This document shows positions 19,924 through 29,423 of a stretch of DNA of 64,000 bases, in pieces. Numbering within the stretch: the stretch's first letter is position 1; every line of letters begins with the position of its first letter. Source of the stretch: an uncultured virus (IMG/VR IMGVR_UViG_3300021399_000104) (lineage: Duplodnaviria > Heunggongvirae > Uroviricota > Caudoviricetes); IMG/VR virus record IMGVR_UViG_3300021399_000104; one strand, written 5' to 3'. The position numbers and the translations under genes were made by a program. The notes beneath the pieces are model-generated. The model saw only the letters and a program-made list of their open reading frames with translations, was not told where the DNA came from and did no database searches.

Positions 19924-20260
19924 ATTTGAAGGGTATTAATTGAGAATGCTTGACTTTACCAATTAAATGAAGTTTTATTCTAAATGTTTTGTTATAATAA
20001 GAATCAAGCAAATAAACCTCAATTGCATTTAGTCTTGCTCCTAGATATGCTTTATTCGACACGCGATATCTATTTCTTACGTTGTAGATGTAACCAAACT
20101 TATCAGATTTCTCATATTCCCCATTAAAACAAAAATAATCTAACTCCCAGTTAAGTACATAATAGAGAACATTTGCTAAGATGAATGGTTTTAGTTTATA
20201 TTTATTAAAGGGAGGATCAACGGGGAGTGTATTAGCTAGTTTAATTATTAGGCGCTTCAT
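19901..20260 (-). CDS. Array paralogue
   Basis: MKRLIIKLANTL (ATG at 20260). Confidence 0.65.
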   Translation of the reverse strand: MKRLIIKLANTLPVDPPFNKYKLKPFILANVLYYVLNWELDYFCFNGEYEKSDKFGYIYNVRNRYRVSNKAYLGARLNAIEVYLLDSYYNKTFRIKLHLIGKVKHSQLIPFKYEIDAAS

Positions 20261-20552
20261 AAACAACAGTAACATCAATTCGCTTTATATCAATCCTTCC
20301 TGAATGGTTATGATCAAAATAAAAATTAATAAAAGTTTCCGTTTTTTCTCCACTAATATGCTTGACTCGAATAAGATCATTATCCCAACCAAATACTACT
20401 ACTCTTTCTTGATTATCTCCATGAAATAGGTTAAACAACTTTCTTTTTGTTGGATTATAAATTAGGTCAAGCATATAGATAATGGCTGAAAAACTAGCGG
20501 TGACTTTATATCCTCTTATTCTCTTTGCGTCATGTAAATAGATTAGTTTCAT
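20241..20552 (-). CDS. Array paralogue
   Basis: MKLIYLHDAKRI. Confidence 0.65.
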   Translation of the reverse strand: MKLIYLHDAKRIRGYKVTASFSAIIYMLDLIYNPTKRKLFNLFHGDNQERVVVFGWDNDLIRVKHISGEKTETFINFYFDHNHSGRIDIKRIDVTVVYEAPNN

Positions 20553-20838
20553 TTATCTTAGCAATAAATCTAACTTCACACTGTTGCCAATATTCTTGAG
20601 AAGACCTTATACAACCAATCCAGAATTTCCTCTTTTGAACATTATAAGAAAGAATAATTATAGTTAGATTCATTCTCTTACTTTGAATATGAACATTAAG
20701 AGGAGAAGTTTGACGATTCATTGATGCAAGGCCTAGACAAGATAAATAAATAACCAAAGATCTTTCCCGACGAATTAAATCTGTCTTATTAAAATCTGCT
20801 CCCCACCAATCAGCTAGTTTATAATGAAGTAGTTTCAT
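20530..20838 (-). CDS. Array paralogue
   Basis: MKLLHYKLADWW. Confidence 0.65.
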   Translation of the reverse strand: MKLLHYKLADWWGADFNKTDLIRRERSLVIYLSCLGLASMNRQTSPLNVHIQSKRMNLTIIILSYNVQKRKFWIGCIRSSQEYWQQCEVRFIAKINETNLFT

Positions 20839-21167
20839 TCAATAAGTATTTCAGTTATTTTAAGGTGTGGTAACATTTCATAGTGAATACCCAACACAAT
20901 AGTTCTAGGTGCTCTTGTTTTATCTAACGCTAGCACTTCAATCTTCTTATATTTACAGGTTAATAAAGCAACAACTATTTCTTTATTTTCATCTTCAAAA
21001 GTTATTCCTCTTATATCATCTAAACTAGTAGGGATTGTCTTTTCATCCCTCAATAGTTGACAGATACAGTAGAATAGATAAATGGATAGGTATATTATCT
21101 TTTTAATATCATCAAATAGTGGAAACAAAGATAAACTATCTGCTTCTTTAATTTGCTTTCTTTTCAT
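20835..21167 (-). CDS. Array paralogue
   Basis: MKRKQIKEADSL. Confidence 0.65.
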   Translation of the reverse strand: MKRKQIKEADSLSLFPLFDDIKKIIYLSIYLFYCICQLLRDEKTIPTSLDDIRGITFEDENKEIVVALLTCKYKKIEVLALDKTRAPRTIVLGIHYEMLPHLKITEILIE

Positions 21168-21178
21168 CTATTATAAGG

Positions 21179-21502
21179 TTAATAATATCCTAAATTATCT
21201 AGTGAGGTAATGATAATTTCATTTCCATATCTAATGTATGTAACTTTGATATGTAAAGTAACAAATCTTGCACACCTAAAATTTAGTGATATCCAAGATC
21301 GTTTTCCATTCTTTGTTTTATTACTCCCAAATTTATCTAGAAGAATTGTGTAGTATGGATTTGATGGTCTTTTTGGAATATACTTGTTAAATTCGAATTG
21401 ATAAACAAATATAACAATCCATAAATAACAAATTTTATCGGTAGGTGAAAATATCATTGAGGATTCTAAACGTTTCGCTTTCCTAAAGTAAAATATCTTC
21501 AT
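21179..21502 (-). CDS. Array paralogue
   Basis: MKIFYFRKAKRL. Confidence 0.65.
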   Translation of the reverse strand: MKIFYFRKAKRLESSMIFSPTDKICYLWIVIFVYQFEFNKYIPKRPSNPYYTILLDKFGSNKTKNGKRSWISLNFRCARFVTLHIKVTYIRYGNEIIITSLDNLGYY

Positions 21503-21503
21503 C

Positions 21504-21815
21504 TTAGATACACCTTATTCTAAATCTAGGTAATTTGCTATTAGTTCTTTTCTTCCTTATCTCTACAACTACATGAAAATTTCTTCTAGTATTTCTGTAG
21601 ATTGAGAAATGAGGGCTACTAGCAATAACACAAATTTGAACCCTCTTACTGAAGTCACTTGATGTATAAATAAAGTCCTCTGAGTAAATTGTCTTACCCG
21701 ATTGTCTATAAATGAAATATTTAATAGCAAAGTAAATTAAAACATCAAGACAAGGCAATTTACTAACGTAGCTTTTGTCGTAAGTTTTCTTTATCTTTAA
21801 AATTATTAACTTCAT
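21504..21815 (-). CDS. Array paralogue
   Basis: MKLIILKIKKTY. Confidence 0.65.
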   Translation of the reverse strand: MKLIILKIKKTYDKSYVSKLPCLDVLIYFAIKYFIYRQSGKTIYSEDFIYTSSDFSKRVQICVIASSPHFSIYRNTRRNFHVVVEIRKKRTNSKLPRFRIRCI

Positions 21816-21875
21816 TTAATATTTTTGAATTTCATTTTGAATAAAGATTTTTGATTTAATGGAAAATTACCAGAT

Positions 21876-22193
21876 TCATATTTTATAGCTTACCTGTAGA
21901 ATTCTTCTTGTTTGTTTATCAATAGTAACTTTATATAGATTGTTAGACCAAGTGTTACTAATTGTTTTTATTATAGAGATCTTTATGGTAAATTTCCCTA
22001 GTATTTCCTTATCGATTTGCTCAATTGTTATAGTAAAGCGCTTTGATTGTATCGTCAGTAAAAATCTTTCTACGCTTTGTCTCTTATTTAGCCATTTATA
22101 AACAATATAGAATAGTAAGCAGCGTTGAAAATGGTCTAACTCAATTTTTCTTGGTTTCACCTTCTCTGCATGTCTAACACAATTAAACTTCAT
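21876..22193 (-). CDS. Array paralogue
   Basis: MKFNCVRHAEKV. Confidence 0.65.
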   Translation of the reverse strand: MKFNCVRHAEKVKPRKIELDHFQRCLLFYIVYKWLNKRQSVERFLLTIQSKRFTITIEQIDKEILGKFTIKISIIKTISNTWSNNLYKVTIDKQTRRILQVSYKI

Positions 22194-22482
22194 TAAAGAT
22201 ATAAAGAATTTTATTGTTATTATATGGGTCTATCATAACAGTCCACCCTTTAATTTTTTTAGAATCTTCAACCAGTTTAATACTAAGTCCGGTCCATTGT
22301 GAGTTCAACTGATCTCCTAGTCTCTTATATACTACTATAAATTTTTTTGGAATTAACTCAATAGCTTCATATCCTCCTCGTCCGCGGCTAATCCAAAATA
22401 ACACGGAATAGATTAAGATTGGATGGACTTTTACTCTTACAGATGTCTTCTCCTTAGCTCTCTTAATGCACACCTGTTTCAT
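22183..22482 (-). CDS. Array paralogue
   Basis: MKQVCIKRAKEK. Confidence 0.65.
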   Translation of the reverse strand: MKQVCIKRAKEKTSVRVKVHPILIYSVLFWISRGRGGYEAIELIPKKFIVVYKRLGDQLNSQWTGLSIKLVEDSKKIKGWTVMIDPYNNNKILYIFNEV

Positions 22483-22757
22483 GGCATTGTATATTCCTGA
22501 CTATAATATTTAATAGATTTATTTATTATGTTTATTGCTACTCTCCATGCTCCAATATTAATATTATTTTTCACCCTTGTTATCATTAAAAAAGTCATTG
22601 GTGGAGAAGAAGAAAGAAAATTTATTACTATCTTCTCGTGCGATCCTAATTCAATAAAACTATAAAAGCTATTGTTTATAGTATCACAAAACCAATGATA
22701 AACAGAATAAGCTACTAATGGATTTTCTTTTATCTCCTTAATGCATTTTAGCTTCAT
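22479..22757 (-). CDS. Array paralogue
   Basis: MKLKCIKEIKEN. Confidence 0.65.
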   Translation of the reverse strand: MKLKCIKEIKENPLVAYSVYHWFCDTINNSFYSFIELGSHEKIVINFLSSSPPMTFLMITRVKNNINIGAWRVAINIINKSIKYYSQEYTMP

Positions 22758-23080
22758 GCCTTTGTTACAGTATAATCAATAGCTTCTCTAAAACGTAGGA
22801 AGACTATTTTTGTAGGCACTACAGTTAGTTCATAATCTAACATAATAATCTTCATCTTTTCTCCTCCTTCATATAAGGTAAATCGAATATAGGAATTTGT
22901 GAGGTCTGTTACTTTTATGAGTAGTTTTTCTTTCTTACAGTAAAAAGTTCTTTTAAACTCATCAGAATAGAGTTTGTTAGACATCGCTAAACTTATATAA
23001 CGATGAGTAATAAAAATAAATAGTCTAGTTAGATCAGACTCATCGAACTTCTTGGCAATTTTAATGTGTAGTAATTTCAT
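22754..23080 (-). CDS. Array paralogue
   Basis: MKLLHIKIAKKF (ATG at 23080). Confidence 0.65.
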   Translation of the reverse strand: MKLLHIKIAKKFDESDLTRLFIFITHRYISLAMSNKLYSDEFKRTFYCKKEKLLIKVTDLTNSYIRFTLYEGGEKMKIIMLDYELTVVPTKIVFLRFREAIDYTVTKA

Positions 23081-23421
23081 TGAGCTATCCTCCATCTAAA
23101 ACTATCTGCCACTGCTTTGCCTGTTCTTGAATCAAACCTAGCCTCAATTTGAACAACGTCTTCATCCAAGTTTGATAAAACCATGCTGACAAAAATTCCA
23201 AAAGTAAAATCATAGTCACTTAGTTCAATAGTAGAGTTAGCACGTATCACTTTATCTATCGTTTTGGAAAGAACAGTGTCTAATATTACTAGAGCCGCAG
23301 ATGTATTCATTCCTTTAGCAACTAGATATGCCATAACTTGTATCCAATATAGTGCTTCTGGTATGGGTTTAGGTAATGATGAAGATAATGATAATATTGT
23401 CTTATAATAAATTAACTTCAT
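23077..23421 (-). CDS. Array paralogue
   Basis: MKLIYYKTILSL. Confidence 0.65.
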   Translation of the reverse strand: MKLIYYKTILSLSSSLPKPIPEALYWIQVMAYLVAKGMNTSAALVILDTVLSKTIDKVIRANSTIELSDYDFTFGIFVSMVLSNLDEDVVQIEARFDSRTGKAVADSFRWRIAQ

Positions 23422-23430
23422 TAATTCTAT

Positions 23431-23799
23431 TTAATAAGTAAATTTAAGAAACCTACTTTCGTCGCTTAGGTGATCACTTACAAGAACATGAATTATCTTA
23501 CTACTCATTACATCTGCTTTAAACGAAATATATAGAGTTCCCGGCAGATTTTTTATTGGAGAGCAAGTAATATATAGACTTCTGGGAGTAAAGGAAACAT
23601 TAAGGGAATGGGTAGTTGATTTTCTTTTTAACTCATCAACTAAAGCCACTGTTTTTGGGGTTATTCGCCATTCCTTACTTAGACTAAATAAAATAGGAAG
23701 AGAGTAACCTACGATAAGATAAATGATGTCTAGATTAACAAAAATGGTGAAAGATTCTTGTATCATCTTTTTACTTAATCTTATTCCAGATAATTTCAT
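23431..23799 (-). CDS. Array paralogue
   Basis: MKLSGIRLSKKM. Confidence 0.65.
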   Translation of the reverse strand: MKLSGIRLSKKMIQESFTIFVNLDIIYLIVGYSLPILFSLSKEWRITPKTVALVDELKRKSTTHSLNVSFTPRSLYITCSPIKNLPGTLYISFKADVMSSKIIHVLVSDHLSDESRFLKFTY

Positions 23800-24161
23800 C
23801 TTTTCTTTTCATAAACAAAGAAGTATTTTATCCTTCTTCTAGATACATCTTTATTTTTATCTTCCTCGTCGGGCTTTCCTATTATAACATTCACTAGTTT
23901 TCCCTTTTTAACTGTTATAAAGTATTGTTTTAAAATTTCATATAATTTTCCTCTAATGACAATCTTGAAGGTTATATCATCAAAGTTTAAAACTTTACCT
24001 TCAACAGCTCGTCTTCCCCCAAGAGATTCCACTAGGATTATTCCATTACAACACATTCTAGCCATTAAAAGTCTATAGAAGCCAAAGATAATTGTGCCTT
24101 TGTCTGAAAAATTATGAACTTTTTCAAACTCCTTTAATAATTTAACTATTTTCAATTTCAT
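23796..24161 (-). CDS. Array paralogue
   Basis: MKLKIVKLLKEF. Confidence 0.65.
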   Translation of the reverse strand: MKLKIVKLLKEFEKVHNFSDKGTIIFGFYRLLMARMCCNGIILVESLGGRRAVEGKVLNFDDITFKIVIRGKLYEILKQYFITVKKGKLVNVIIGKPDEEDKNKDVSRRRIKYFFVYEKKR

Positions 24162-24627
24162 TTTGACTTCGCCATTCAGCCTTTAGTTTAGATACCACGT
24201 CATAATTTGGGCTATTACATGGATTATCCTCTCTAGTTTGATAAATTTGTCCAGGGTAAGTATCTAGAATAAATCGGACTACTCCTTGACTTCTAGATTT
24301 TCCTGCCAAGCAATGTATAATAAAATCATCACCAATATTCTTCTCAATAAAATCCACTATCTCCTTAGCTTGGTCTTTAGATAGTCCATAAAATATGTGT
24401 CCTTTCCAATCTATCCAATCAGAGGAAACATCATCAAAGTCAAGATTTAATACTTTAGGTCCTCCCGGTAGTTTATGTTCTTGTGTTTCGGTAAGGTAAT
24501 AGTCTTGACATTCTTTAGTATTGCAGATAGAGATAATTGATAATCCTTCTGGCAATGTCTCATCCCATTTATTTAATTCCACTAAGTCTAAGAATTCAAA
24601 ATAGGAGCAACAATATAGTTTCTTCAT
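24142..24627 (-). CDS. Dual-specificity / tyrosine phosphatase family protein
   Basis: HCLAGKSRS (CX5R) active site, FDD acid loop. Confidence 0.85.
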   Translation of the reverse strand: MKKLYCCSYFEFLDLVELNKWDETLPEGLSIISICNTKECQDYYLTETQEHKLPGGPKVLNLDFDDVSSDWIDWKGHIFYGLSKDQAKEIVDFIEKNIGDDFIIHCLAGKSRSQGVVRFILDTYPGQIYQTREDNPCNSPNYDVVSKLKAEWRSQNEIENS

Positions 24628-25136
24628 AATCTCTTTAGTTTTTCGACAGTTAATTTTAGGAGCCATTCGTCCTTAAAATTTGCGCAGAGAATTTCAGGGG
24701 ACAAATTTAATGTGGTAGAAGCTGTCTTGATATAACCACTTCTCAAGACATTAGAATCCACATAATACTCTGTCCCTTTTGGTATCTGCGCTTTAATTAG
24801 GACGATATTTTTTCTCTCTGGTAGTTGTGATTCTATATCTTCCATAAGTTTTTCAAGAGAGCCAGAAATAGGAAAAAAGGAGTAAACCCATCCACTTTTA
24901 AATTCCGGCCCTCTTAATTTTTCTTTTTCATCTCCCGTTATTGTCTTCTTAGTAACCAGAGCATTAAGGAAGGCAGTTTTAAGGGCCCATTTAGTTCTTA
25001 TCTTTTTAGGGAACAATCGAAACCAAAATGACTTCTCTTCCCTTTCGATAACTAGAACCTTTACTACTTCCATTGTTGTATTACTTCGATAGACTTCAGA
25101 TTCTCTTCTCTTGACAATAGGTAAATCAATTCTCAT
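24624..25136 (-). CDS. Phage hypothetical protein
   Basis: IPKGTEYY motif. Confidence 0.7.
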   Translation of the reverse strand: MRIDLPIVKRRESEVYRSNTTMEVVKVLVIEREEKSFWFRLFPKKIRTKWALKTAFLNALVTKKTITGDEKEKLRGPEFKSGWVYSFFPISGSLEKLMEDIESQLPERKNIVLIKAQIPKGTEYYVDSNVLRSGYIKTASTTLNLSPEILCANFKDEWLLKLTVEKLKRL

Positions 25137-26026
25137 TTATAGTGACTTTTATAGATAAACGTTCCTACCTTACTATTCCTAATCAAACTTAATACAGTAT
25201 TCCTTAAGATTGGATGAAGACCCGTTTCTAAGTCTGGTAATAGTATAGTTGCGTTGTTAGAAAATGCTATTAGCGCCACAATTACCAAAACTTTCTTAAA
25301 TCCAGTTCCCATCATTGATATGCTAAATTCATCTTTAAAGCCTGGAGTTAAAATACCATTCTTAGTAACACCAGTACATGCATCACCAAATAACGCAGGC
25401 ATAACTCTATTCCAAAGATCTATTACTTTTGTTTCTTGAGTTAAATTAAGAGCCTGGAGTTGGTCATAAGAGAAGAAATGATCTAAGAAAGTACCAGGGC
25501 TAGTACGAGAAGTTACAGTATATAGTAGAGTATCAAGATTAATTATACTAAAAATCTTGGTATCAAAATAATTTCTAATGTCTAGACCAAATTTGGTTTG
25601 CATGAGTAAAAGAGGAAGGTTATTTTTATAATCTCCATCATATGTAGAATAGGAGAATGAGTCTAGAAGATTGTCAAACTCGATAAAAGACTCGCCATAG
25701 GCATCACCAACTTCAGGTATATTTGATTCACTATTCCAATGCAAGTATAAGACTCCACCAATGGTTAATGTCTCTGACTGTAACTTTTCCTCTTCAAACA
25801 CAGACTTATACGCCAAGCCATTTGAAAACTCCACTTCAATACCCTCTTTATAAACCTTCCAATAATTAATCAAGTGGGTTAAAACATTATTATACTTCTC
25901 ATCAAAGTTATACCACTCACTTAATTTCTCCTCATTACTAGGAAAATTATAGATGTTGTCAGTATCACTTGGTGGAAATTCTAACGTTATACCATTCCAC
26001 GTTGCTTTTACTAATTTCATAGACAA
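25133..26026 (-). CDS. Degenerate ABC-type ATPase-like protein
   Basis: SMMGTGFKK signature-like and LLPDLETGLHP Walker B/D-loop-like motifs; no Walker A. Confidence 0.55.
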   Translation of the reverse strand: MSMKLVKATWNGITLEFPPSDTDNIYNFPSNEEKLSEWYNFDEKYNNVLTHLINYWKVYKEGIEVEFSNGLAYKSVFEEEKLQSETLTIGGVLYLHWNSESNIPEVGDAYGESFIEFDNLLDSFSYSTYDGDYKNNLPLLLMQTKFGLDIRNYFDTKIFSIINLDTLLYTVTSRTSPGTFLDHFFSYDQLQALNLTQETKVIDLWNRVMPALFGDACTGVTKNGILTPGFKDEFSISMMGTGFKKVLVIVALIAFSNNATILLPDLETGLHPILRNTVLSLIRNSKVGTFIYKSHYK

Positions 26027-26319
26027 TCAATTATAACAGAGTAAATCCAATCAAGTATATCCTGTGCTGGTTGAGGGCTATTAATATCGAATGTTTTGTA
26101 GCAATAATTTATACTACTATAATTAGAGTATTCCAACCCTGATACCGTTCCATATAATAAACCCTGTGGTACAAAGTTAGGAACAATAGAAATATGGTAA
26201 TCACTAATAGTTATATTAAGTGTCGTATCCTCTGTTCCAAACCAATAAATATTAATATCTCCAAATGTACTATAAAGTTCAGTTATTAAAACTTCAAATA
26301 TCTTCTTAATATTCATCAT
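26017..26319 (-). CDS. Hypothetical protein
   Basis: 100 aa. Confidence 0.6.
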   Translation of the reverse strand: MMNIKKIFEVLITELYSTFGDINIYWFGTEDTTLNITISDYHISIVPNFVPQGLLYGTVSGLEYSNYSSINYCYKTFDINSPQPAQDILDWIYSVIIDCL

Positions 26320-26347
26320 TTATAAGGTTTCTATTCCTTATATTTGA
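26316..26347. promoter_or_regulatory. Back-to-back divergent promoter cassette
   Basis: TATAAGGTTTCTATTCCTTATA, identical to 34308-34329. Confidence 0.7.
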
Positions 26348-26368
26348 AATTTAAAAAAGAATGAAATT

Positions 26369-28498
26369 ATGAAGAAAGATTTAATTTGTTTTAAGCAGAA
26401 CAAACTTTATACAAATAGTAAGAAAAGAGATGTCACGAGTCCAGAGTTGACCGCACAGATTGTAGCACTGAATGAAGAGCTGCAGAAGATCGGATATACC
26501 TTGAGCCCTGATTTTCTTGATATTCTAAGTGAAGATGAAGTGAAGAGGATATATAAAGAGGTCATACCAGAAATTGTAAAAGAGGAAGGTTTGGATAAGA
26601 CCTGGAAAGTTATGTATCCTAATTTCCCCGACGAAGTCATTAATAAATCCTTTGATGACCTTAAGAAAGAACAGGAAGAGGTTTATAATCAAGTCAGGAA
26701 TATCACTGGTCAACTTCCTAAGGCAGATCAAGACTCAGATTACATCATCCTCAAGCCAATTAATGAAGAAGAGTTTTTGAATATTCCGACTCGTTTTCTT
26801 CAAATGGCTGGTAATCTCTCCCTAGACCAAGAGAAAATACTTGAATGGTTTATGCTAGAGAAAAAGGAGGGAAGACTTAACTTTATCATTCCAGACCAGA
26901 TTCCTAACAAAGAGAGAATGGCAAAGATGATGATGATTAGTGATGATATAAAGCCAAAAGATATCAATGATGTTCTGAGATATGCTTTCTATATTCTGAC
27001 TTCCTCGACGAAACTGGAAAAGGTTAAGAAAGAAGTAAATTCGGCTTGGAGAAAAGTAGTACCAAATCCAAGATGGCGTAAGCTGAAATCTCTTCCAATG
27101 ATTCAAAGAAAAAGAATTATGGGAATGATAGAAGAAATGGTAGAGAAAAAGAGCTTGTATGGGACTATTCCGGATGCTAAGAAAAGTAGGTTTTATGGGG
27201 ATTGGATGTTACTAAACGAAAGAATACATCCACAACATTTCAAAACCAAATATCCAAAAGCATCCGAGTTCTTCCATACACTTCTTACTAACGAACTCTC
27301 AAAGAAATATATAACCTGGAATGCTAAAATCCAAGCTATGTATGATGAGGGGAAGCCAGTAGTAGAGATCACCCAGGAAATAGCTAAAAGACCCGGTGAA
27401 TTGATACGACGATTTGACTCACTAATTAGACGAGGAGTTAAAGAAGGTACTGATGAGAAAGTTTTTGATATTTTCCTCAATACCGACGGAATGAATAACA
27501 AAACTCTTATCGAACTCTACTGGAAATATGTGAATCAGAAGGGGTTTGATGGAGATATTCCTAGAAAAGTAAAACTGTTGACTGGTGTAGAAAAGAGAAT
27601 TCCTGACCTCCCAAAACTCAATATTAATGTGGTTGAAGTCTTTACAGAAACTCTTGGATATAAAATCCTGGATAATGTAAAGAAAAACTCAGAGAAAGAG
27701 GATAATACAGAGATGGAAGGGAAAAAGGTATGGATTGATCCTGATTTAGCTCAAGTTCCTATTCCATACATTGTTAGGGACTCTTACATGTCAATACCTA
27801 GAGGAACAAAGTTTAAACTAGGAGAAAACACGAAGAGAATCAATATTTTCTGCCAATGGATCCAAGACAAAACACCAGAAGATTTGGACCTTTATGGCAT
27901 CCTATTAAGTGACGATGGAACAGGCGTAATGTCAATAGGATGGAATACTAGTTATAAGTCTTGTGGTAATATCTGTATTCATTCAGGTGATGTCCTAAAT
28001 ATAGAAGGAAATTGCCAAGAAACTATCCAGATTAAAGTGGATGGGAAAAAGGATGATTGGAGATATGTTATCGCTTCTGTCAGAAACTATAAGGGCAGAA
28101 CACTTGATAGCCTTGATGCTTGGGTAGGATTTGATGAACTCGAGGATGATAAATCAAAGAAACTCAAAAAGAATCAAATTTCCCAAAGTCCAAAGAAGAG
28201 ATTCAAACTGGCGGGAAATATCAGTAATGTATATGCTTTCTTAGTCGATAGATGGGAAAGAACTATATCATTCATTATGGTAGCAGATACAGGCCTTCCA
28301 GTGTATACCTTTGAGGGAAGTCGAGAGAGCAATGTAGTAAAGGCCATGAAACAAGAAGGACCTATTACTAGCTTAGATCTTCTCAAAACTTGGTGGACAG
28401 CTAAAGGTACTACAATGACAGAAGATAAGTCAGAGGCAGACATTAAAGTAGAGCTGAACGACGTATTGAATGATGGAACCTTACAAAACATTATCTAA
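26369..28498 (+). CDS. Large protein with C-terminal TerD-like domain
   Basis: RPGELIRR, W...DLDL, IGWN, HSGD, E.I.I motifs. Confidence 0.6.
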   Translation: MKKDLICFKQNKLYTNSKKRDVTSPELTAQIVALNEELQKIGYTLSPDFLDILSEDEVKRIYKEVIPEIVKEEGLDKTWKVMYPNFPDEVINKSFDDLKKEQEEVYNQVRNITGQLPKADQDSDYIILKPINEEEFLNIPTRFLQMAGNLSLDQEKILEWFMLEKKEGRLNFIIPDQIPNKERMAKMMMISDDIKPKDINDVLRYAFYILTSSTKLEKVKKEVNSAWRKVVPNPRWRKLKSLPMIQRKRIMGMIEEMVEKKSLYGTIPDAKKSRFYGDWMLLNERIHPQHFKTKYPKASEFFHTLLTNELSKKYITWNAKIQAMYDEGKPVVEITQEIAKRPGELIRRFDSLIRRGVKEGTDEKVFDIFLNTDGMNNKTLIELYWKYVNQKGFDGDIPRKVKLLTGVEKRIPDLPKLNINVVEVFTETLGYKILDNVKKNSEKEDNTEMEGKKVWIDPDLAQVPIPYIVRDSYMSIPRGTKFKLGENTKRINIFCQWIQDKTPEDLDLYGILLSDDGTGVMSIGWNTSYKSCGNICIHSGDVLNIEGNCQETIQIKVDGKKDDWRYVIASVRNYKGRTLDSLDAWVGFDELEDDKSKKLKKNQISQSPKKRFKLAGNISNVYAFLVDRWERTISFIMVADTGLPVYTFEGSRESNVVKAMKQEGPITSLDLLKTWWTAKGTTMTEDKSEADIKVELNDVLNDGTLQNII

Positions 28499-28499
28499 C

Positions 28500-28751
28500 A
28501 TGAAGAAGTGGAGTAAATTCTTAGCAGATGACGAGAGAGACGCTTTCCTTGTATACGGTGGTTGCGGATGCCTAGTTTTGTTGATAATATTGGCAACAGT
28601 AGGATTCGGAGCACTTGAAGCTTTAGCAGTAGAGGCAGTTTGGAATAATGTTTGGCCGAGAGAACCACAAATAAGCTTTTGGTCAGCATGGGGAGCTACA
28701 CTTATACTCAACATGATTTTGACATTTCTTGGAGCTATCTTTAAGAGATAA
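28500..28751 (+). CDS. Small membrane protein
   Basis: Two hydrophobic segments, ISFWSAWG. Confidence 0.65.
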   Translation: MKKWSKFLADDERDAFLVYGGCGCLVLLIILATVGFGALEALAVEAVWNNVWPREPQISFWSAWGATLILNMILTFLGAIFKR

Positions 28752-28756
28752 ACTAA

Positions 28757-28808
28757 CAAAAAAAAAATTAAAGAGATTGGAAAATTAAATTCCTTTCTCT
28801 TTTTTTTC
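28757..28808. terminator. Bidirectional terminator, copy of 18382-18428
   Basis: Identical hairpin sequence. Confidence 0.75.
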
Positions 28809-28813
28809 TCTCC

Positions 28814-28895
28814 AAAAATAAACGGGAAGAACTATCTATCTCAGACTATTCTCCCCTTACGATCTTTTCATGACTGCATTGTAAAACACATATTA
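28814..28895 (-). ncRNA. Small RNA candidate A
   Basis: Promoter 28896-28909, variable segment, GUCU-GAGAU-AGAU-AG hairpin, U-tract. Confidence 0.55.
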
Positions 28896-28939
28896 TCACT
28901 TATAAGGAATACAGACGCCACAGAAAAAATAAAGGGGAA

Positions 28940-29197
28940 TTATTTCATCCCCTTAGTGTTTTCCCAGAGAAGATGTTTTATCTCCTTAAAATCAACATAC
29001 TTCCCTTTTGCTTTGTACTTTAACCAGTATTTGGTTAAGTTACATCTAAGTTCATCATAATACTTCTTAGGACTCCTTGTCCGCTTCAAGTAGAGTATTA
29101 CGTCATTTTTAAACCTAAACTTAGCTCTCATTTCTGAGTTTCTAAGATAGCTTGAAAGAGTGGCCGTAGTAATACCACCTACAATTCCATTTGTCAT
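28940..29197 (-). CDS. Small basic hypothetical protein
   Basis: Own promoter motif near 29233. Confidence 0.55.
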   Translation of the reverse strand: MTNGIVGGITTATLSSYLRNSEMRAKFRFKNDVILYLKRTRSPKKYYDELRCNLTKYWLKYKAKGKYVDFKEIKHLLWENTKGMK

Positions 29198-29267
29198 ATT
29201 CCTTTTATTTTTTTTAAGTTAAACATTTTCTCTCATATATAAGGCATTCATTATTTTTTGAGCCAAG

Positions 29268-29347
29268 AAAAAAAGTAAGGCTATTCATCACGAACTACCT
29301 TACTTACCAAAAGAAAATTGACTTGCTTGTTTTATAACTTTAATTGG
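29268..29347 (-). ncRNA. Small RNA candidate B
   Basis: Promoter 29348-29360, GUUC-GUGAU-GAAU-AG hairpin, U-tract. Confidence 0.55.
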
Positions 29348-29423
29348 TCATTTATAAGGAAAAGACGGCCTAAAACTATTATTTTGCGTTTATGAGGTAG
29401 TCCAGTTCTTTATAAATGAATGT

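Larger units (their letters stand above)
18428..24161 (-). repeat. Tandem array of 18 small diverged paralogous ORFs
   Basis: All ~92-122 aa, N-terminal MK(L)xxh(K/R)xA motif, mostly overlapping start/stop. Confidence 0.75.
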
